Source of the DNA: Octopus sinensis
Taxonomy: Eukaryota
Length of the DNA stretch: 64,000 nucleotides
Direction: 5' to 3'
NCBI RefSeq assembly: GCF_006345805.1
Contig: NC_043008.1
Span: forward strand, 24,056,001-24,120,000
Position numbers and translations under genes: made by a program. The notes beneath the pieces were generated by a model, which did no database searches, was not told the DNA's origin, and worked only from the letters and a program-made list of their open reading frames with translations. Every line of letters starts with the position of its first letter. Within the stretch, counting starts at the first letter, position 1. Below, piece after piece: positions 53,284-64,000 of the stretch.

Positions 53284-54689
53284 ACGATGTGCTTCCACAT
53301 TTTTTGCGTACCTTTCTCTTTGTTGCTCACATCCTGTTTATAAGCAAGGATGAGCTATATTTTATTTCTGCTAGCCTGTTAGCAACGTTTTTCTTCATAA
53401 GTACATTCTTATAAAGTCAGTGACCCTGTTAAAGACCTACGTCTACCAGCAGAGTGGAGATACTTCTGTTGATACCTGTGACTAACTTACAAATTACAAT
53501 GGTGATTGAAGGTTATATGGATATACACAGTTGCTTTGATAAGGTAGTGCTTGCTTGTCTTGAGATGAAGAATGACATCTCTAAAGCCATCCATGGTAAA
53601 AGCATAAAATTGGCGAAGCTGTTAATACAGCTCGATATTGCAATCATTACAATGTAGGGCTGCACTTGTGGTTTGAGTTGTATGCGTTTAATGGAATGAG
53701 GATAAATATCCCAATGAAGTTAGAGAACCATGTCCCGTTGTAGCTCTTCATCGATACATGGAACAACAGTACTCTTCCTTTATTTTATTCAGTAGGAATC
53801 ATCGTAAAATAAGAGTGATTTACCTACGTTTAGATCGATTCTGATGTTTAGTAAACTGTGTACCAAGGTCTAAGGTGTTTAGGATGAAGAATATAAATGT
53901 ATTAAAGGTAAAAATCCACAATTAGCGGGTGAATTTGATACCTGCGTTCTTACTGATGTTGAAGAACCAGTTAACTGCAGTGGCAATGAAGTCCAACTGA
54001 ATCAACCATGTATCCTATCTGATATCAGAGTTGGTTGCATCGAGAATGCGTTTTCTCACCATGCCTATCTTACACTCAGGGGACGGCAATTTCATTCGAA
54101 ATGAAAATTAGGATAGTGGTCATTAAGTCTCATATAGGAGAGCCTGAAAAGGGAATGATTTCCTACAATTGGACGGTGGCTAGCTCCTACTTTTCAGTTC
54201 AGACAACGTGGCTACCCTTTCCTTCGCTAAAGAGCGATAACAGTTGATTTCATTATATGCTCTATATAATACAAAAGGCAGTATAACGGAGTCGAGTAGT
54301 TGGTGCTCTATCGGATTTGATAGTTCAACAACGTACCACATAACAGGTTTAGTGGTGTCAGATTACATATAAGTTTGCGTGGTGTAATAACCGAGTGAAA
54401 ATAAACTAAGTGGAAAGATGAATAATCCAACTGTGGTTAAACGGGTATCGTATAGCATTCAAATGTCAGTAAGCAAACTAGGAATGCGGTAGATTTTCAG
54501 TAGACTTGAAGTTTATTAACAGGGTGTATCCTTAGTGAAAACAACGACGAGATTGTGGTCACTGATCTAATTTGGTTATTTATCTTGGATGCTCTAAAGT
54601 AACGCAGACATCCCCACAGTTCAGTCTGGTGCAGCAAAGACGGCCAATTTATTTTACGCCATACGAACGGTCACGCTACTCTCATGGTT

Positions 54690-54900
54690 TGACAATGGTT
54701 AAATACTTAGATGTCATTCTAGACCTCAAGACAAGTAATTACAACCCATACTGAAAGGCAAACGAAGAAACGCCTCTCACTGTAATCTAAAACTTAATCA
54801 TAGGTATAAACAAAATAATCCCCACTCTATCGGCAAGTAGGGATATCTTCAACAGGGCAACACTCCATTATAATAGGGTGCCTGTAAGACTGGCTTTGGT
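54690..54900 (+). mobile_element. Short PLE RT/thumb remnant (a similar piece lies on the minus strand at ~53500-53650)
   Basis: VKYLDVILDLKTSNYNPY*KAN; TLSASRDIFNRA.LHYN. Confidence 0.55.
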
Positions 54901-54940
54901 AAGTATCATTGAAGATACATCCCAGCCCAACACTCGAACC

Positions 54941-54988
<48 letters not shown>

Positions 54989-55510
54989 GGGGGTAATCTT
55001 TATAAATTAAGCGCATTGAGAATGCAATACTATTTAGTAATAAAAGTATGATTGATTAACGGGTTTATCCACAATAGAAAATTAATAAAAAAAGAAGCAA
55101 GAACGAAGCAACTTGTTTTTTTAACAGATTGTACAAAGCAATATGCTACGCAGACAAGCTTAAGCTGTGAAGAGATGATATAAATTTTACAAAATAAATT
55201 TTCTTTTTTTGGCCATTATAAGTTTAAAAAAGAAACTCTGTTAAATTTATAAATCGCGATACATGATGGAATGAAACTACCATAAGTCACAATGAAAAAA
55301 CAAATGCTTTTTTCTTTGTTTTGTAAGGTATCTATAATATCTTTTAATATTTCATATTAGAATGGGATATCACGATATTCTTCAAATACTTTTAAATCCT
55401 TTCAAATAAAATCTTACCGTGCTTTTTTATGTAATCATATATCATATTTCTTGCAGAGATACACCATAACATCTAAAGTAGTACACTAAATCACCAGCAG
55501 AGAGAATAAT

Positions 55511-55708
55511 CTTTTCTACTCTAGGTACAAGGCCCAAAATTTTGGGGAGGGGGAGGCCCCTGTACGCAACTGGTACTTAATTTATCGATCCCAATAGGAT
55601 GAATGGCAAAGTCGACCTCGACGGAATTTGAACTCAGAATGCAAAGACAGACGAAATACCGCTAAGCATTTCGCCTAGTGCGCTAACTTTTCTACCAGCT
55701 GGCCGCCT
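55511..55708 (-). mobile_element. Deu/Nin-domain SINE
   Basis: Same family as 5724. TSD CAG(C/T)AGAGAGAATAAT at 55495-55510 and 55711-55726. Confidence 0.85.
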
Positions 55709-56694
55709 TGCAGTAGAGAGAATAATGCTAGTTGTTAATACGAGGATGAAGAGAAAGTACAAAATAAGGCAGAGAATCAATACACGTCTGTATGTGTCTA
55801 AACTAAAATGGGACATAAGGATAACTAATTTATTTCTATGATTCACTTCGTAGGAATTCATTGGTAAAGGTGTTTCAAGGTGCAAGAGGAATTGGATATA
55901 GTGTACAGGAGAGGTTGTCTTGATGGAAATTCAATTGGAATGACGGAAAAGAAAATACATATGTATTGGGTGAATTTTCGTAGGAGTAGCATAGAGGCAG
56001 CGAGTTAAAGAGAGCAATGGTAATTATGAGAGCAATAGTGAAGAGACAGATACATATGTTAATGGAACATTTGCCTTTCAAGTTAATGGCACTTATCTGG
56101 GATACGATATGCTCGACTTAACATTTTTTCTTTTACTGAAACTTGGAAACTTGGCACTTTCTAATATACTTGGTAATGACAATTAATTTTACATTTTGGT
56201 CAAATGTTTAAGAGTAATTTTAATCAGTTTACTGTATAATTTCAGTTTATTTCTTCGGTAATAATTTACATACGCATGCATATAGATCGGTATTTGAAAC
56301 AATTAAATGCAGAAAAGGAACCTGCAAATAAGGTTCAATCACTTTTACCTTTTCAGAAGACATTTAAGATTAGACATCTTCTCAGAAGGAAAATCATATT
56401 GAAAATCATACTTAGCTTTAAATTAGCATAAATTTGAATGTGATTTTTCAGCATCTGAATATTTCATTCTAAAAATCTAAGAAATTGACAGATATTCTAA
56501 GCTTCTTTTCACCCTTACCATTATTCTTATCATTTAGAATATCCAACCACCATAAGATTGTATGCCACTGCTTTTATTCAGGTTCACTGCTATAGATCAA
56601 CTGCTTCTATATCTATTCTGTAACTGCAAAACCGACTCAACCCGGTTAATCTAAATTACTTATACATGTGCTGAGCAAGGTAATATAAATATAA

Positions 56695-56730
<36 letters not shown>

Positions 56731-57037
56731 ATTTTTATATACTCTTTTTCCCTTTTTAAAATGCAGCTTCTTAATAACGCTGTATCCTATACGGAAAACG
56801 AAAGCAGTTATACAAAATGCAAAATGTTACGAAGATATGTTCACTACAATTATATTATTTTTTTCGGAAATTTGTCACAATCATGATTAGTAGAAAAACA
56901 AAGCCTGAATAGCGATCCTTTATTTAAACATATTTGTTTAATTTTCATTAACATTCGTACTGAATCTGCATTTCTAAACACTGCGTGTCGAAATGGGAGG
57001 ACTGAACAACAAGCATAGTTTTAACTGTTTTCTAGGT

Positions 57038-57084
<47 letters not shown>

Positions 57085-57399
57085 CTACTCCATCAGCAAC
57101 AGTATTTGAATGTATAAATATGTCGATTTATTCAAGTCAATAATGTAAAACTCCTTTTTTTATTCGATGTTATGCAAACGAAACAAAAAATATAAAATAA
57201 AATATTTTACTATATCAATAGACATGAAATAGATTTAAAGTCAAAACGAGACGACTATTATTAAGAAATTGTTTGTAAATATACTAAAGGATTATACGAA
57301 TAATAGTTAAGTAATAAATTTTTAGATCATGCGGCAGTAAAAAGAAAATGCTAGATGTCGGAGCAATATATCGCATCATTAAACTAGCCATATGCTAAA

Positions 57400-57935
57400 A
57401 TTGGTTTCAAATCTTGGCAGAAGTCCAACAATTTCAGTGGGGAAATGAAGTTGATTACATCAGCCCCAGTGTTCAAATGGCAATTATTTCATCAACCCCC
57501 AAAAGGATGAAAAGCATAGCCGACATCGGCTGAATTCGAACTCAGAACGTAAAGTCGGATGAAATACTGCTAAGCATTTTTCCAGTGCGCTAACAATTCT
57601 GCCAGTTCGCCATATGCGAATATTGGTTTCAAATTTTGGCACAAGGCCAGCAAGTTTGGGGAAGGATGTGAGTCGATTACATCGTCCCCAGTGCTTAACT
57701 GGTACTTATTTTAATGACCCCGAAAGGATGAAATGCAAAGTCGACCTTAGTGGAACTTGAAATCAGAATGTGCAGACGAATAAATTACGCCAAGCATTTT
57801 GCTCGGCGTGCTAACGATTCTTCAGCTCGCTGTCTTTTCCATATGTTAATATTAATAATTGGTTCAAGGCCGACTTTGCCTTTCACTCTTTCGAGGTGAT
57901 GAGTACCAGTTGAACACTGGATCGATGTAATGCCA
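57400..57935 (-). mobile_element. Two tandem Deu/Nin-domain SINE copies plus an opposite-strand fragment
   Basis: 57400-57611 and 57622-57833 on the minus strand; GACTTTGCCTTTCA fragment at 57870 on the plus strand. Confidence 0.8.
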
Positions 57936-59056
57936 AAATTTGATATCAATATTAAAAATTAGTTTATCTGCTAAACTGGTATCATGTCTATGTTAGACAT
58001 CAATGTATTATATGAATAAGTTATTGCTTAACCAGGTGATATTTAAAAGAATATTTCATTCACATGTCAAATTTTATCAAACAGAAATATGATAGTTTGT
58101 CTAAATCCATTGAGCATTGGACAACCTGTAGAAGAATATGTATTGCGCATTGCTGTTGTAGTTGAGTATCCGGAGATACATTTCATTGGCATAATCGACT
58201 TCATTGAGAATAGGAAAAGTAAATGTATCTGCTAAATTGCATAAAGTGATAATTGTTTCTTTAGCTTGCTCTATTGAGCTGCTATAATCCCGCTACGGGC
58301 AGCGAAAGAAATGAGAAAACAATACTTACTTAGAACATCTTGTAGTTGCTGGTCTTCTGCTTAACAACTAGTATTCGACATATGAAATAAGATTAAATAC
58401 TTATAGCATACATTCTAAAACATATTCATTTGATCGAAATTAATATATTGATGTTATAGCTTCAAATATTTTAGTTAAATTGTAATGCAATATAATCCCA
58501 CCCTCGGTTTTTAAGAATGCGTTATTGTAGCCGTATGATTTTTCAAAGTATTGCTACCATTGTTTCTATATTATCAACTGTTTCTGTACTTCAAACAGGG
58601 GAACAAGTGCAAACCGCCAAGTACAAGCATTTTTTCTATTGTGGCAGAATTTATTTGTTCATTTGTTGGAAATCGAGCTGCAATTTGTTGAGATTTCTTT
58701 TCAGGCATTCTTTCAAGGTATCATTGAACATGAACATGTTAATTGTAAAGGTATTATTGGATGCATACTTTCTGACAATATTCTTATTGATTGACTTCAA
58801 TGATCAAACTCTAGTAGTTTGTTACAAGTAGAATTCTATCTACTACCGCTGTTGTACGCTATTATGATGAACGGAGCTATGCTAATTCTAGTATAATGCT
58901 TTTAGGTGGAAGAAATTACCCGATCGATATACTCGCTATCAGATGACAGAACGCCTTTCAATGCCCTATGGAACCATTAGTTTAATAAACTAATGTTTTG
59001 TCAAAAGAATAAAAATATTGCTTCAACGATTATCGTATTTAAATTTCTCTCTCTCC

Positions 59057-59106
<50 letters not shown>

Positions 59107-59250
59107 ATATATATATATATACACTCACACAAACGCACAAACACACACACACGCAGACGCACATCTACGTATACATATATATGTGCATATGTATATACGT
59201 ATCCATATATGTATGTGCATATATATATATATATATGTATCTATGTATAT

Positions 59251-59798
59251 ATTGGGTTGTCCGGAAAGTTCGTGCCGATTTATAGTAGCTTTCGACTTAT
59301 TTTAGAACATGGTTGAGTCCATAAAATAGGATTTGACTACACTTCCATCTAGAGCACAGTTTAAGCTATCTTTTCGTAGAAGAAGGTTTATGTTCCTATA
59401 ACCTGTGTTTATTCTGTAACCCTTTAAAAGGGAAGACAAGAAAGTTCATTTTCGGCACTTGATGCTTTTCTTTTTCCGTAAAGGGAAAAATGCCTCACAA
59501 GCAACCAAAGAAATATGCGCAGTTTACGGTGATGTTTCTAATCGGCTTTCTAAGAGGCACAAAAATGGAGAAGTCAGTCATTTTACTACAACTGTTAAGA
59601 ACTCAACAGTCAGTTAAATATATTTTGAAATCTGATGATTACTACGAACGTATGAAAGCGCTAATTGAACTTTATAAACATTACAAAATATTTTTTAATG
59701 TTTAACATACTTCAACATTGTAAAAAAAAATATTTTTTTAAAATACCATAATAAAAAACGTGAAAACCGGTCCATGATTTAACTTTATTCAACTGATA
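59251..59798 (+). mobile_element. Internally deleted mariner element
   Basis: TA-TTGGGTTGTCCGGAAAGTTCGTGCCGAT TIR; EDKKVHFRHLMLFFFRKGKNASQATKEICAVYGD (mariner N-terminal HTH); degenerate right TIR. Confidence 0.75.
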
Positions 59799-60485
59799 TA
59801 TTGCTCTATACACGTTTACACAAATTCGGAAAAAATATAGACATGTATATACACATAAATATGTATGTATGTATGTATGTATTATGTATGTGTGTATGCA
59901 TGTATGTATGTATGTATGTATGCATATATGTAAGTATGCATGTATGTATGAATGTGTGTATATATACGTATATATATATGTATATATATACACACACATA
60001 CACACGGACACACGGACACACACGGATACACACACAGACACACACACTCGATTATACAACCGATCATCATTCTAAACAGAAAAAATATCTGAGATAATAT
60101 GAAAATAGTGGTGTAACAGTTTCTTGTCAAATACTTTTTTCCACCTATAAACAGAAACACTAACATCCATAGGTTTGTAAGTGCAGGAAAGTGCCAGTCG
60201 CAACAGCAGGAATATAACGGTAGCAACAGCACACATGTTTCCACTCGCGTCATACTGAAAGAAATTGATCACTGAAGTGATTCAATAAGATTGTCACAAA
60301 TCATGCATCCAGTAAAACATTTTCAATTAAAATACTCAATCGATTCTTCAAAAGAATGCCAGCAGAAATCTCAGAGGAGCAAGAAATTGAAGCTAACTGT
60401 TTCCAGCAAATGAACAATAAGCTCTACTACATCACTTTTCTGATTCTGGTTTAATAAAGCGTGCATACACAAATCCTTGTAAAAG

Positions 60486-60556
<71 letters not shown>

Positions 60557-60589
60557 TGGTGTGTGTGCGTGTGTGTGTGTGTGTGTGTG

Positions 60590-60620
<31 letters not shown>

Positions 60621-61014
60621 ACGCGTATCATGTATATGAGTGTGTGTGTCGTAGCTAGAATTAATCTGTTTAGTATAAAAATCAAATTGATAATAGCTAA
60701 AGGCAAAGTATTATTTCAAGTAAACTTCACCTTTATTGAGTGGATCACTTGTGTAGTCAAATTTAATTGTCACATAATTCATATATGGATTGTAGTATTG
60801 GTAAATAGTTATAGCAACGAAAATATGTGTGTGTGAGCGCATGCGACTATGAGTGTGTGCAGATATATGTATACATACACACTTGGCATATATAGATATA
60901 TAGATATATATATATATATATATATACAGTATATATGTGTGTGTGTACGTATATACATACATTCGTAAATACATATGCATCACAAATACACATTCAAACA
61001 GGCAGACAGACAGT

Positions 61015-63126
<2,112 letters not shown>

Positions 63127-63457
63127 GATGGACTTCCACACAGTTTTCGTCTCCTAAATGCGGTCATAAGACATTGATCAGCACGGGACCGTAGAATACA
63201 CTTGTTTAAAGTGCCGTATAGTGGGCCTGAACCCGAAGAATGAAGTTACAAAGTGGTGGTGGTATGGAGGGGGGGCTGCATTGCCATACAGCCATGCCTT
63301 CACCTATAGTATATAAATATTAAGAGCAAAACAAAGTTTGCCCAAGATGAGTGGTCGTGAGATCGAACGCAGAACATAGCGATTACAAACCGGATGTCTT
63401 CAACATTTGGTTATGCTTGCTCCCTCAAAATCCACTATGTAGTAAGGAAGAAATAAT

Positions 63458-63525
63458 CCTTTCTACTAGAGGCACAAGGCCTGGAATTTTGGGCGAGGGG
63501 TAAGTCGATTACATCGACCTCAGAA
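63458..63525 (-). mobile_element. 5'-truncated SINE tail with 19-bp TSD
   Basis: TSD GTAGTAAGGAAGAAATAAT at 63439-63457 and 63526-63544; the insert matches the SINE 3' end at 55511. Confidence 0.8.
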
Positions 63526-63825
63526 GTAGTAAGGAAGAAATAATGTTAAAGGAGAGTAGATTGATAGACACTTCTATGCATAGAACAAAATGCCTCGCAG
63601 TACTCAGGGTTCTTTGTGTCCCGACTTCGTGTACCGAGAATCTCGTTGATGTAATTAAATATACGGTACAGCTATCTAATTACACTGATTAGATATGCCA
63701 TTCAGTTTCATTTTATTGCCTATCCAAAAAGTAGACCTATGAAATAGTAGTCAAATTTCCATCAGATTACCCTCTACCATTTTAAAAGAAGAGGGAAGAT
63801 CACAGGGGGAGCATCTTTGGACTAA

Positions 63826-64000
63826 CTTGAGAGGCGGTTGGATGGAACCTACACTCGCCTCCTTATGAGAGCTCAAAATCTCTCGTGGAAGCGCCATCCA
63901 ACCAAAATGCAAATATATGGGAGACTACCACCTGTGTCATCTCTTGTGAAAGGTAGGAGAGTCCAGTTTGCTGGACATTGTTATAGAGCTGAAAAAGAAG
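63826..64000 (+). mobile_element. RTE/RTE-X LINE ORF2 C-terminal fragment, runs off the window
   Basis: LERRLDGTYTRLLMRAQNLSWKRHPTKMQIYGRLPPVSSLVKGRRVQFAGHCYRAEKE. Confidence 0.8.

Noticed and set aside
58000-58900. Possible hAT remnant or host exons
   Set aside because: Too degenerate; no consistent frame or splice support.

Overview
AT-rich, microsatellite-laden animal DNA with no recognisable host protein-coding exon. The tRNA-derived SINE families and simple-repeat style suggest an octopus/cephalopod genome (inference). The window is mostly decayed transposons: a Helitron with both termini, mariner/Tc1/hAT/Chapaev3 DNA transposons, fragments of R4, Hero, CR1-like, RTE, L1/Tx1 and Gypsy retroelements, many SINEs with target-site duplications, and Penelope-like elements (PLEs). 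The PLEs are a near-complete Neptune-type RT + GIY-YIG copy with an inverted 5' end and a 5'-truncated Naiad-type copy. The most notable signal, absent from the ORF track, is about a dozen minimal type I hammerhead ribozyme motifs, mostly with palindromic stem III. Eight lie within 40.8-46.5 kb. Most sit in short non-coding units inserted in (TA)n tracts, often as long fold-back repeats carrying a ribozyme plus its own antisense copy. All family calls come from motif recognition by eye; no searches were run.
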